From: Myxococcales bacterium
GTDB lineage: Bacteria > Myxococcota_A > Polyangia > Polyangiales > DASUME01
Direction of reading: 5' to 3'
DNA: 64,000 bases
NCBI GenBank assembly: GCA_047601445.1
Contig: JASGJH010000001.1
Coordinates: 8,608,001-8,672,000, forward strand
The notes under the pieces: generated by a model
What the model saw: only the letters and a program-made list of their open reading frames with translations
What the model was told of the DNA's origin: nothing
Database searches by the model: none
Made by a program: the position numbers and the translations under genes
Part shown: piece after piece, positions 18,803 to 28,241 of the stretch
Numbering within the stretch: position 1 is the stretch's first letter
Layout: the number at the start of each line of letters is the position of its first letter

Positions 18803-21007
18803 TCACTGCCCTGCGCGACGCACGATCAGGAACTCCACGCGGCGGTTCTTGGCGCGGTTCTGCGGCGTGACGTTGGGCACGATGGGCTGGTCCATCCCGA
18901 AGCCCTTGGCGGTCAGACGCTCACGCTCCACGCCAGCCTTCACCAGCCAGTTCTTCACGGCCTCGGCGCGTCGCTGGGAGAGGTCGTGGTTGGCGTCGGC
19001 GCCGCCCACGTCGTCCGTGTGGCCGCGCACCTCGACCTCGAGCAGCTCGTGGTTGCGCATGATCACGTCGGCGATCTCGGTGAGCAGCGGCTCGCTGCGC
19101 GCCTCGATGTCGGCCGTGCCGGTGGTGAAGAAGATGCTGCCGCGGATCTGGATGCGATCCTTCTGCACCTTGACCGAGGAGGTTTTGGGGGTGGGCAACA
19201 GCGAGATGCGCACGTCGCTCTCGGTGCGGGCCTTCACGACCACCGACGTCACCGAGATCAGGTAGCCATCCTGTTCCACCCGCGCCGTGTACTCACCGGG
19301 CGCCAGGTTCTCCTCACGGAAGCGGCCCGAAGCGTCGGTGACGATGCTGCGCATGGCGGGGCCAACCAGCTGCACGGCCACGCCGGGCAGGGGAGAGCCG
19401 TCGGTGGCCAGCACGACCTGGCCGAGCGCGGTGCCCACCTTGGGCAGCGCCACGAGCTCGCAGGTGACCGGCACCTCGCCGCCCTCCGGACCGATCAGCG
19501 CGCCGCAGGTACCCATGCGATAGCCCTCGGCCGCAACCTCGAGCTGGAGCTCACCGGGGTCGATCTCGTAGGTCATGAAGCTGCCGTCGGGGCTGGCCAC
19601 GATGGAGTTGAGCGTGCGGCCCGGGAACGTGACCACCGCGCCCGGGACACCCACGCCGGGCGTTCCCTGCTCGATGACGAGACCGCGAACATGACCCTTG
19701 GGAGCGGCCACCTGGACCGGGACCTCCACGCGCTTCTCGACGACCTTGACCACCGGCGGCTTCGGCATCAGGTCGGCGGCGTAGCTGGCGGCGAACATGA
19801 TGCGGTAAGGCGCGTTGGGGGCCAGCTCCTGGACGAAGTTGGTGGACCCACCGATGCCGATGTCGACACCCGCGAGCAGGTTGAGCCCGGGGATCACCGG
19901 GAAGATGCGCGCGGCGAAGGTCAGCCGCTGGCGGTACACGTCCGGGCCTTCCTTGCCCAGGCAGCTGTCGGCCCCCGGCACCTTGTTGCCGTTGGCGAGG
20001 GTGGGGTAGGCGCAGTCGTAGCCCTGGCGATTGACCGGGATCTCGAGGCCCCACTCTGCGATGGGATGGATGGCGAAGCGCTTGCTGGTCTCGATGGGGA
20101 ACTCGGCGCCCAGCGCGAGCAGCACGTGGTCCACGCGGTCGATGTTCAGGGCGAAGCGCTCGTCGCGGCGCACGCGGTGACGGTACTCGTTGAACTCGTC
20201 GATCTGACCGCCGGCCATCGCCTGCAGGTTCGCCAGGCGCGAGCGCTCGGTGTCGTCGATGAGCTTGCCCGAGTTGTTGAACATGTAGCCGGCGTTGAAG
20301 CGCAGCTGCAGCGGGAAGTGCGAGGCCGTCATCTTGCGCAGGTCGAGCGAAAGGTTGCCGCGCATGCCGACCGAGGTGGCCGCCGAATCCGTGCCCACGT
20401 TACCGATCGCGCTCAGCAGGAGCAGCGACAGGTCGCCGCCCAGCGTGAGGCCCGGGATGACTTCGCCGTAGGCTTTGACGCCGAAGGTCATGTCGCCGAT
20501 GGCCTGGAGCACCTGCGGCGTGGTCAGGCTGTTGCGGTTGGAGCGGGCCCCGATGGCAGCCGTCAATTCCAGGTTGCGGATGGGCGTCACGCCGAGCGAG
20601 ACGGCACCTGCACCGTAGCGATCCTTGTCGTTGTTGTAGAGGAAGTCCTTCTTGACGCCGAGGTCGCCGATGACCTGCAGACGGAACGACTTGGGTGCAC
20701 CCGAACCCGCGTCCACCACGAACACACCACCGACCGGGCCGAAGTACGTGTTCGAAGCACGCATATCCCAGCGCCGCTGGCGCTCTTCGTCGGTCTCGGG
20801 GGGCTCGCCCACGGTGGCCGCCGTCGGGGCCGCGGGCGCCGCCGCCGCTTCGCCGCCAGCGCTGGTCTGACCTGTCGTGGAGCCTGAAACGCCACCACCG
20901 ATTTGGGCCGACTGGGCCGAAAGAACACCTGGAACCGCCAAACAGAACGCGACAGAGAGCAGTACCGAGAGCTTGGCAGGCCCCCGGGAGAGCGCGGAAC
21001 GGCGCAT
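18803..21007 (-). CDS. OmpA family protein: N-terminal beta-barrel-like region, carboxypeptidase-regulatory-like Ig domains, C-terminal OmpA peptidoglycan-binding domain
   Basis: Signal peptide; C-terminal IFFTTG...GHTDDVG..ANHDLSQRRAEAV...GFG...NRRVEF. Confidence 0.9.
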   Translation of the reverse strand: MRRSALSRGPAKLSVLLSVAFCLAVPGVLSAQSAQIGGGVSGSTTGQTSAGGEAAAAPAAPTAATVGEPPETDEERQRRWDMRASNTYFGPVGGVFVVDAGSGAPKSFRLQVIGDLGVKKDFLYNNDKDRYGAGAVSLGVTPIRNLELTAAIGARSNRNSLTTPQVLQAIGDMTFGVKAYGEVIPGLTLGGDLSLLLLSAIGNVGTDSAATSVGMRGNLSLDLRKMTASHFPLQLRFNAGYMFNNSGKLIDDTERSRLANLQAMAGGQIDEFNEYRHRVRRDERFALNIDRVDHVLLALGAEFPIETSKRFAIHPIAEWGLEIPVNRQGYDCAYPTLANGNKVPGADSCLGKEGPDVYRQRLTFAARIFPVIPGLNLLAGVDIGIGGSTNFVQELAPNAPYRIMFAASYAADLMPKPPVVKVVEKRVEVPVQVAAPKGHVRGLVIEQGTPGVGVPGAVVTFPGRTLNSIVASPDGSFMTYEIDPGELQLEVAAEGYRMGTCGALIGPEGGEVPVTCELVALPKVGTALGQVVLATDGSPLPGVAVQLVGPAMRSIVTDASGRFREENLAPGEYTARVEQDGYLISVTSVVVKARTESDVRISLLPTPKTSSVKVQKDRIQIRGSIFFTTGTADIEARSEPLLTEIADVIMRNHELLEVEVRGHTDDVGGADANHDLSQRRAEAVKNWLVKAGVERERLTAKGFGMDQPIVPNVTPQNRAKNRRVEFLIVRRAGQ

Positions 21008-21266
21008 TCGAGACTCCTTATACCTTCATGAAAACGGGTAGTTGCGGGCGTCGTGCGGCCAGCATTGGACCTACCCAGTGCGACGCGCGCCCATTTGTCG
21101 CAGGTTCTTGGGCAGACTTTCAAGCAAACTGAACTTCCTATTTGGGGGCTCGGTTATGCTGAACGGCTGTGACCTTTTCCGATTCGTTCAGAAGGGCTGA
21201 GCTCCCCCGCGACTCAGGGTCAGTGGCACGCAATGACGCGGCCATCCGACCCCGAGTTAGAGCCCT

Positions 21267-21902
21267 GTGTACCTCCTGGAGCACGACGCCCGCTTGCTTA
21301 CGCTAGGCACACCCAAGCCGAGCCCCGAGGTGCGTGCAAAGGCAGAAGCACCCGCGGGTCCGGGCGCGTCCTCCCTGGAGAGCTCGCAGGTGGTCCCGAG
21401 CTTCGCGGAGGTCTTCCGCACGTACTCGGGCTTCGTATGGCGCGTCTTGCTGCGCCTCGGCGTGGCCGAGTCCGACGTGGACGACGTGGCCCAAGAGGTC
21501 TTCCTGGGCGTGCACCGCAACCTCGCGAGCTTCGAGGGGCGCTGCGCGCTGCGCACCTGGATCTACGGCATCTGTCACCGGCGCGCGATCGACTATCGGC
21601 GGCGCGCCATGACGCGCCCCGAGCTGGCCACCGACGAACCTCCCGAGCAGGGCGTCGAAGCCGAGCAAGACGAAGGGCTCGATCTCGGTTTGGCCCGCGC
21701 CAAACTGGGCGAGTTGCTGGAGAGCCTGGACGAAGAGAAGCGTTCGGTGTTCGTGCTTTTCGAGGTGGAGGGCATTCCCATGGAAGAAGTCGCCGAGATC
21801 GTCGGCTGCCCCCTGCAAACCGCTTACTCGCGCCTCTATGCGGCGCGCAAAAAGGTCGACGCGCTTGCCCAACGCATGCGCGCGCAACGGAGGTCGCCGT
21901 GA
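21267..21902 (+). CDS. ECF RNA polymerase sigma factor
   Basis: Region 2 DVDDVAQEVFL..FEGR..LRTWIYGI; region 4 LDEEKRSVFVLFEVEG...EVAEIVGCPLQTAYSRLYAARK. Confidence 0.93.
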   Translation: MYLLEHDARLLTLGTPKPSPEVRAKAEAPAGPGASSLESSQVVPSFAEVFRTYSGFVWRVLLRLGVAESDVDDVAQEVFLGVHRNLASFEGRCALRTWIYGICHRRAIDYRRRAMTRPELATDEPPEQGVEAEQDEGLDLGLARAKLGELLESLDEEKRSVFVLFEVEGIPMEEVAEIVGCPLQTAYSRLYAARKKVDALAQRMRAQRRSP

Positions 21903-22678
21903 GCGTCCCGCAATCGATTCAACGCCTTTCCGAAGACGCCGACACCTCGCCCGAGGTGCGGCAGCTCTTGCGGGCCAGCGAGCTGGACGGTCCCAGCGAA
22001 GCCGACCTCGCAAAGTTCGCGGCGCGCATGGCTCCGCTGGTGGGCTTGCCCCTGGCCGACCTCACGCCGAGTCTGCCTCACGGCACGGCCCCAGCCGATG
22101 TCAGCGGTGCGTCCTGGGGCGGAGCCGCCGCCAAGACGGGGTTGGCCAAGTGGGGCAGCTCCCTGGCTCTGAAAGCAGTGGTGGCAGGCACGCTCTCGCT
22201 GGGCCTCGGGCTGTGGTGGGCGAATCGTCCCGCTCCGGCTCCGGTGCACGAGCCGGCGCAGGCCCCGAGCGTCAGCGTCGCGTCCCGCGTTGCCCCCGTC
22301 CCCGTTGCGCCCGAGACGAACCTGCCCACGTCGGGTGGTGTTGCCGAGCAAGCCCTGCCGGCGCCTGAGGCCGCCCCCAGCGCCGCCAAGCGCGTCGGTG
22401 CCAGCGCTCCCCGTCCCGACGAGCTCTCCCTGATCGCCCAGGCGCAGAGCCTGCGCGCCGAGCCCCAGGCCGTCCTGCGCGTGCTCAAGCAGCACGCCAC
22501 CCTCTATCCGCAAGGCATGTTGGCGCAGGAGCGAGAGGTGCTCGCAGTGGAGGCTCTCGTCTCCGCGGGCCAGCTCAAGGAAGCCAAGCGACGCGCCGGC
22601 CGGCTCGAGGCGGAGTATCCGAACTCCGCACACCTGCCGCGGATCCGCGCCTTGCTCGACCAGGCGGACCACGAGTAG
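21899..22678 (+). CDS. Putative membrane anti-sigma factor with C-terminal TPR-like helical domain
   Basis: GTGA overlap with sigma stop; single TM (VVAGTLSLGLGLWW), Pro/Ala linker, ELSLIAQAQ...YPQGMLAQEREVLAVEAL...YPNSAH. Confidence 0.78.
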   Translation: MSVPQSIQRLSEDADTSPEVRQLLRASELDGPSEADLAKFAARMAPLVGLPLADLTPSLPHGTAPADVSGASWGGAAAKTGLAKWGSSLALKAVVAGTLSLGLGLWWANRPAPAPVHEPAQAPSVSVASRVAPVPVAPETNLPTSGGVAEQALPAPEAAPSAAKRVGASAPRPDELSLIAQAQSLRAEPQAVLRVLKQHATLYPQGMLAQEREVLAVEALVSAGQLKEAKRRAGRLEAEYPNSAHLPRIRALLDQADHE

Positions 22679-22688
22679 CCTGCGCGCC

Positions 22689-23318
22689 ATGAGAGGTGGC
22701 TCGCTTGTTCGTACGGCCCTGCTCGCGACCACCGCGCTCGCCGCGGGCTGCGACTCCGTGCGGAACGTGGGCGGCATGAACACGTGCGACGACGAAGGCG
22801 TGGTCTGCGATCTGGACGGCGGGCTAAGCGACGCCGCCTCGCCCATCGGCGATCCCCAGTACGCCGACTACGACCGCGCCGCCAACCAGCGCATGAGCGC
22901 GGATCTCGCGGGCGACTGGCACGGATTTGCCACGGGCCTGGAGTCCATCAGCTCTCCCTTCGACATGCACTTCGATCCGCTCGAGGGCACCACGGGGGGC
23001 AACTTCTCGGTCCGCTGTCTGGAGCTCACGGTGTGCGTTCCGTTCGGGAACTTCAATCCAGACAGTCGATCCTCGGGCCAGTACGACCTGACTTACGTGG
23101 ACAAGGCGCGGACCGGTAGGGGCGAGTTCACCTGGGAGGACGACGTCCAGCGCTCCCTCGCGTTCAGCAACCTCCTGCTGCAGCAATCGGACCAGGTGCT
23201 GTCTTTCGTCATCGATATCCCCGTGATCGGCAGCTTCCAATTCAGGATGCTGCGCGGTCCCTTTCCCGATGCCGGCGCCGACGTACCGGTGGCGGATGCC
23301 GGTGGTGGTTCTCCGTGA
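22689..23318 (+). CDS. Hypothetical lipoprotein
   Basis: LLATTALAAGC lipobox; beta-rich mature part; in operon with the ECF pair. Confidence 0.75.
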   Translation: MRGGSLVRTALLATTALAAGCDSVRNVGGMNTCDDEGVVCDLDGGLSDAASPIGDPQYADYDRAANQRMSADLAGDWHGFATGLESISSPFDMHFDPLEGTTGGNFSVRCLELTVCVPFGNFNPDSRSSGQYDLTYVDKARTGRGEFTWEDDVQRSLAFSNLLLQQSDQVLSFVIDIPVIGSFQFRMLRGPFPDAGADVPVADAGGGSP

Positions 23319-23840
23319 CCGGCGTGCGCTGGCTGCCGGTCTGGTGTTTCTTGAGCGCCTGCCTCAACGTGGAGAACGTCGGCGAAGATCCGCCCGAATC
23401 CGCCGTGCCCCGAACCCGAACTTGCGCAAACCCCGGAGCAGCGGGCCACCTGCGTGCGCGCCCTGGTAGATGAGCTCGTGGACGGTGTCTGGGTCGGAGA
23501 GGCCATGGTGGCTGACTCCAAGGTGCCCTGCGCTTTCGAGTTCGCGCTCGACGGTAGCTACCGTGTGACCAATCGCGGCGGCGATCAACGCGCCTTCGGG
23601 CTGCTCTTCTTGTCGGGACCCCGCACCCAGGTCGACGGTCGCTACGCCATCACGGACCTCGTGGAGGGCAAGTACTACGGCTACTTCGAGCGCCCGCTGG
23701 ACGACATGGGCAAGCAAAACCTGCGCAGCGACCTCGAGCAGCTCGTACTCGACGGGGATACGCTCACCTTCTGGTGGCGTTCGACCTACGGGGATATCTC
23801 CCCGATCTCGGTCCCCCTGATGCTTATGCGCACGAGGTAG
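23315..23840 (+). CDS. Hypothetical lipoprotein, paralog-like to the upstream gene; apparent +1 frameshift at 23396-23400
   Basis: GTG overlapping upstream stop gives MTGVRWLPVWCFLSACLNVENVGEDPP; reading GAATC as GATC joins it to the 23454-23840 ORF (span 526 = 525+1). Confidence 0.72.
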
Positions 23841-23858
23841 CGTATAAGCCGGCACCAC

Positions 23859-24848
23859 ATGGACGCTACCGGCGCGCGCCTCCTCTGCATCATCGTGCCC
23901 TGCTTCGACGAGGAGCAGGTAGTGGAGGCCACCCACGCCGAGCTCAAGCGCGTGCTCGACGCCTTGCCGCGCTGGCGTCACCTCATCTACTTCGTCGACG
24001 ACGGTAGCCGCGACGCCACGCTGCTGCGCCTGCGCGCCCTCGAGCGCCGCGACGAGTGCACGCGCGTGCTTTCGCTGTCGCGTAATTTCGGCCACCAGAT
24101 CGCGATCACCGCCGGCCTGGATCACGCCGATCGGCGCGCCGATGCCGTGCTCGTGATGGACGCCGATCTCGAGAATCCACCCAGCTTGATTCCCCGGCTC
24201 ATCGAGCAGCTCGAGCGCGGCCACGACGTGGTGATGGGCGTGCGCGAGACTGGGCGTGTCGTGGGCTGGTGGCGGCGCAGCCTGTCGCGAGCCTTCTATG
24301 CGCTGTTCAACCGCGTTTCGCAGGTGTCCATCGCCTCCGGGGCGCCGGACTTCTTCCTGCTCTCGAGGCGCGCCCGCGAGGCCCTCGGCCGCATGGGTGA
24401 TCAGCGACGCTTTCTGCGCGCGATGGTGGCCTGGATCGGCTTACCCCGGACCCACGTCCCGTACGTGCCCCCGGCGCGTCTTGCGGGCCAGTCCAAGTAC
24501 ACGCTCGGCCGCATGCTGCGGCTCGCTGCCGACGCCATCTTCGCATTCTCGTCCGCGCCGCTCCTGGCCGTCGGCGTCTTAGGCAGCGCCACGTTTCTGG
24601 TGGGCGCTGCGCTGCTCACGTGGTCTGCGCTGAGCACCCAGTTGAGCTTCCTGCCGGGCCTCTTGTGCTTGCTGGCGGGGCTGCAGTTGTCCGCGATCGC
24701 CCTCGTAGGAGCCTACGTGGGGCGCATCTTCGAGCACAGCCAGGGGCGACCGCTCTACATCGTCCGCGAGGCCTCCGAGGACTCGGCCTCCGAGCCGCGC
24801 ATCCTGGACGTCGGACAGCGTTCCGCGCGTCGCGCGCGCGGGCAATAG
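23859..24848 (+). CDS. GT2 glycosyltransferase, GtrB/ArnC-like (polyprenol-phosphate glycosyltransferase)
   Basis: IIVPCFDEE, FVDDGSRD, LSRNFGHQIAITAGL, MDADLENPP, two C-terminal TM helices, GRPLYIV. Confidence 0.92.
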   Translation: MDATGARLLCIIVPCFDEEQVVEATHAELKRVLDALPRWRHLIYFVDDGSRDATLLRLRALERRDECTRVLSLSRNFGHQIAITAGLDHADRRADAVLVMDADLENPPSLIPRLIEQLERGHDVVMGVRETGRVVGWWRRSLSRAFYALFNRVSQVSIASGAPDFFLLSRRAREALGRMGDQRRFLRAMVAWIGLPRTHVPYVPPARLAGQSKYTLGRMLRLAADAIFAFSSAPLLAVGVLGSATFLVGAALLTWSALSTQLSFLPGLLCLLAGLQLSAIALVGAYVGRIFEHSQGRPLYIVREASEDSASEPRILDVGQRSARRARGQ

Positions 24849-24865
24849 TCGAGCGTGAGCAAGCC

Positions 24866-25975
24866 CTAGAAACGAGCTCCCAGGCCCAGATCGATGCGCC
24901 CGGCCAGCGGTGGCTGTTCGAGCACCGTCACGTGCGTGCGGTCCGGCAAGGTGGCCTGAAGGGTCGTGCGCACCAGCGGCACCATGAGGCCCGCGCCCCA
25001 GTAGAATCCCAGCGCCTTCCACAGACGCACGGCGCCTCGCAGATCGAGCGTCGCGTCCACCAGCGGGCTCACCGACTGGTTCTCCTTGTTGAAGCCGAAG
25101 CCCTGGCTCTGCATCGCGCCCGCGGCCAACCCTGCGCAGCCGGAGGTTCGCACGCGACCTCGCTCTCCCCACAGCGGGCAGTAGGCCGCCCCCGCGTAAA
25201 GCACCCGCACGTCGGCTCCGGTATCCGGCGGCTCGTCAGCATCCACCGTGCGTTCCGCGAAGACGCTGCCCTCGAAGCGCATGCCGCCCCAGCGCCCGAC
25301 GCGTAGCTCGAGCGCCACACCGCCACCCAACAGCGGCTTGGGGAGGTGTCCCCAATCTGCCCGAATGAACGCGCTGACGTCGGCCCGCGTGGGGACGTGC
25401 GCCGCGGGCTTGGGATTGGGCGTGGGCTCCCAAGGCGGCGGCGCCGGCGGCGGCGCAGGACACACCGCGGCCGGGGTGGGCTCGCTGGCCTCGCTCGGCT
25501 TAGGTGGCGCGGGCTCGGTGGGAGCGGGTTCGGTCACCCCACCGGAAGGAGGAGGAGCGAGTGCCCCTGCGGGATCGATCATCACCGCCAGCACCACGGC
25601 CACCGTCTCCGACAGCTCCTCGCAGGAAGCCCGCTCGGAGACCACCTCGCGCGAACCGAGGGCCTTGCCTTGCGCGTCGAAGGTCCTGAGCTCAGCCCGC
25701 AAGGTCTTGCCTTCGCGGACCGCACTACCCTCCACGATGAGCTGCGCGTCGCGGGGCGCCTCGAACACCGGCCGGTGGAGCTTGCTCTCCACGCGGCGTG
25801 CGAGTTCGCGGCCATCGATGCAGTCCTGGGCGCTCGGCGCGCGGACCCAGTGCAGGCTTGCGCGGGGCGGCGGCGGGGCGCTGGGCACTTCGGCGCTTGC
25901 ACTGCTCAAAGGTGCGGCAAAAAGGCTGGTTTCGAGAGCGAGCACGAAAGCCAGGAGCGTTCTCGTTGGCTCCAT
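24866..25975 (-). CDS. Hypothetical exported protein with Pro-rich linker and probable C-terminal outer-membrane beta-barrel
   Basis: Signal peptide from ATG 25975; Cys pairs; alternating beta strands ending IDLGLGARF. Confidence 0.7.
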   Translation of the reverse strand: MEPTRTLLAFVLALETSLFAAPLSSASAEVPSAPPPPRASLHWVRAPSAQDCIDGRELARRVESKLHRPVFEAPRDAQLIVEGSAVREGKTLRAELRTFDAQGKALGSREVVSERASCEELSETVAVVLAVMIDPAGALAPPPSGGVTEPAPTEPAPPKPSEASEPTPAAVCPAPPPAPPPWEPTPNPKPAAHVPTRADVSAFIRADWGHLPKPLLGGGVALELRVGRWGGMRFEGSVFAERTVDADEPPDTGADVRVLYAGAAYCPLWGERGRVRTSGCAGLAAGAMQSQGFGFNKENQSVSPLVDATLDLRGAVRLWKALGFYWGAGLMVPLVRTTLQATLPDRTHVTVLEQPPLAGRIDLGLGARF

Positions 25976-26069
25976 GCGACACGGGACTCTCGCACGAACC
26001 CACTTCCCAAAACCACTCCCCTGTGCGCCTTCGTGGCATGGCATCGAGAGCCGGGTTAGCCTCTTCGCC

Positions 26070-26501
26070 ATGGCCGAGACGATCTTCTCCAAAATCCTTC
26101 GCGGCGAGATTCCGAGCCACAAGATCTACGAGGACGACTTGGTGTTCGCGTTCCTCGACATCAATCCTCTGAGCCATGGGCACACGCTGGTGATCCCCAA
26201 GGAGGCAGTCGCTACCCTCGATCAACTCAGCGACGAGTCCAGCGCGGCCATCGGACGGGTGCTGCCCCGACTCTGCCGCGCCGTGCTGCGCGCCACGGGT
26301 GCCAGCGAGTACAACATCCTGCAAAACAACGGCCCCGGTGCCCACCAGGCCGTCTTCCACGTACATTTCCACATCATTCCCAAGTTCACGGACGGCCGCG
26401 GCCTGGGAATCGACTGGAAAATCCAGAAGCTCGAGTCGGCCGACGCCAAGCAGCTCGTGCAGGCCATCGTCGAAGCAGGCGGGTTTAACCGCCCGTCATG
26501 A
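26070..26501 (+). CDS. HIT family nucleotide-binding protein
   Basis: MAETIFSKILRGEIP, AFLDINP...GHTLVIPK, QAVFHVHFHIIP (HxHxH). Confidence 0.95.
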   Translation: MAETIFSKILRGEIPSHKIYEDDLVFAFLDINPLSHGHTLVIPKEAVATLDQLSDESSAAIGRVLPRLCRAVLRATGASEYNILQNNGPGAHQAVFHVHFHIIPKFTDGRGLGIDWKIQKLESADAKQLVQAIVEAGGFNRPS

Positions 26502-26614
26502 ACCCCGGACTACCCCCGACTGAACAGTCGCGGGGGCCATTGCGTCCGCAAGAGAATCGCCGGCTAGGGTACCGCTCCAAGTGCGCCCGTGGTCCGGCAC
26601 CGTGAGATAAAGCC

Positions 26615-27628
26615 ATGAAGAAACAAGCCTTTCTAGTAAGCCTCCTGTGCCTCGCGGCGCTCCTTCTGTGGCCCGGGGCGTTGCCGGTGGTGGGGGCAAC
26701 GGATTTCTGGGAAATCAAAATGGCGACCATCGCCCCCAAGTCCAGCAAGCCCATGCGCATCCTGCGCGCCTGGGACACCACCCTGCGCGAGAAGACGGGC
26801 AACCGGGTCGGCTTCCGCTTCTACGCGGGCGGCATCGCGGGGGACGAGCGCGACGTGTTGCGCAAGATGAAGGTCAATCAGATCGACGCCACCTCGCTCA
26901 CCTCGGTGGGCCTCGGGCAGATCGTCCGCAGTGCGTCGGTGCTGCAGATGCCCGGCCTTTTCAAGAGCTACAAGGAGCTCGCCGCCGTCCGCGCAACCAT
27001 GGACGGCGAATGGCGCAAGTCCTTCGATGAAGCTGGCTACCAGCTGCTCGGTTGGTTCGACATCGGCTTCGGCCGCATCTTCTCGGCACACTCCATCGCC
27101 AAGCCCAGCGACCTCAAGAAGGCCCGCCCGTGGGTCTGGCGTGACGACCCGGTGTTTCCGGAGCTCATGAAGATCGTCGGCGCCAACGGCGTTCCGCTCG
27201 GTTTGCCCGAGGTGTTCCCGGCCCTGCAGACGAAGATGGTCGACACCGTCATCGCCTCGCCGGTCGCGGCCCTGGGCCTGCAGTGGTTCAACAACGTGCA
27301 GTACATGACAAAACAGGCTGATATCGCGCTGGTGGGCGCCACGCTCATCGGGAATCATCTGTTCCGCAGCATGCCGCCGGACTGCCAGGAAGCACTGATT
27401 CAGAGCGGCAAGCTGGCCCATCAGAAGGCGCTCGAGCTGGTGGAAGGTGAGGAAATCGCCGCCTACAACGAGCTCAAGACTCGCGGTATCAAGGAGGTCG
27501 ACACGACACCTCACGCCGCCGAATGGCAAAAAGCCTATACCGACCTGCGCACCAAGCTCACCGGTCACCTGTTCACCAAAGACCTGATGGATCGCGTGAC
27601 CAAGGCCGCAGAATCGGCGCGCAAGTAA
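26615..27628 (+). CDS. TRAP transporter substrate-binding protein (DctP family)
   Basis: Signal peptide, IKMATIAP, FYAGGIAGDERDVLRKM, EVFPALQTKMVD. Confidence 0.88.
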   Translation: MKKQAFLVSLLCLAALLLWPGALPVVGATDFWEIKMATIAPKSSKPMRILRAWDTTLREKTGNRVGFRFYAGGIAGDERDVLRKMKVNQIDATSLTSVGLGQIVRSASVLQMPGLFKSYKELAAVRATMDGEWRKSFDEAGYQLLGWFDIGFGRIFSAHSIAKPSDLKKARPWVWRDDPVFPELMKIVGANGVPLGLPEVFPALQTKMVDTVIASPVAALGLQWFNNVQYMTKQADIALVGATLIGNHLFRSMPPDCQEALIQSGKLAHQKALELVEGEEIAAYNELKTRGIKEVDTTPHAAEWQKAYTDLRTKLTGHLFTKDLMDRVTKAAESARK

Positions 27629-27656
27629 CAGCGCTTTCAGTTACGGAGTTTGAGTC

Positions 27657-28241
27657 ATGGAATCCCCGATCCTTCAAGTGACAGCCGACGCCACCGCTCA
27701 GATCAAGAAGATCCTCGAGCAGGAGGAGCTAGCGGAGCAGGCGGTGCGCGTGGGCATCGCGGAGAAGAGTCCCACGGGGTTTCAGTATCAGCTCGAGTTC
27801 TGCGACCGCTCGGAGCGCGTCGAGAGCGATGTGCTCATGGAGCAAGACGGCGTCGTGTTCTACGTCGACGGCGAGAGCGTGGAGGACCTGCGCGGCACCA
27901 CGCTGGACTACGTCGACACCGGCTTCAGCGCGGGCTTCAAGTTCGACAACCCGAACAAGCCCAAGCTACTGCAGGATCCCATCGCCGAGCGCGTCCACCG
28001 CGTGATCCAGGAGCGCGTCAACCCGGGTGTGGCCTCCCATGGCGGTCACGTCACGTTGCTCGACGTGCAGGATGGTACGGCCTACGTGCGTCTCGGCGGT
28101 GGCTGCCAGGGGTGCGGGCACGCAGACACCACGGTGAAGGACGGCATCCAGACCATGATCTGCGAGTCAGTGCCCGAGATCCACACGGTGCTCGACGTCA
28201 CGGATCACGCTGCCGGCACCAACCCCTACTTCCAGGGCTGA
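27657..28241 (+). CDS. nfuA: Fe/S biogenesis protein NfuA (degenerate A-type domain + NifU-C domain)
   Basis: LRGTTLDYV..GFKFDNPN; VNPGVASHGG, GGGCQGC (CxxC), DVTDHAAGTNPYF. Confidence 0.93.
   Translation: MESPILQVTADATAQIKKILEQEELAEQAVRVGIAEKSPTGFQYQLEFCDRSERVESDVLMEQDGVVFYVDGESVEDLRGTTLDYVDTGFSAGFKFDNPNKPKLLQDPIAERVHRVIQERVNPGVASHGGHVTLLDVQDGTAYVRLGGGCQGCGHADTTVKDGIQTMICESVPEIHTVLDVTDHAAGTNPYFQG

Noticed and set aside
28226..28241. Overlap of nfuA and putA 3' ends
   Set aside because: Short convergent overlaps are common in compact GC-rich genomes.
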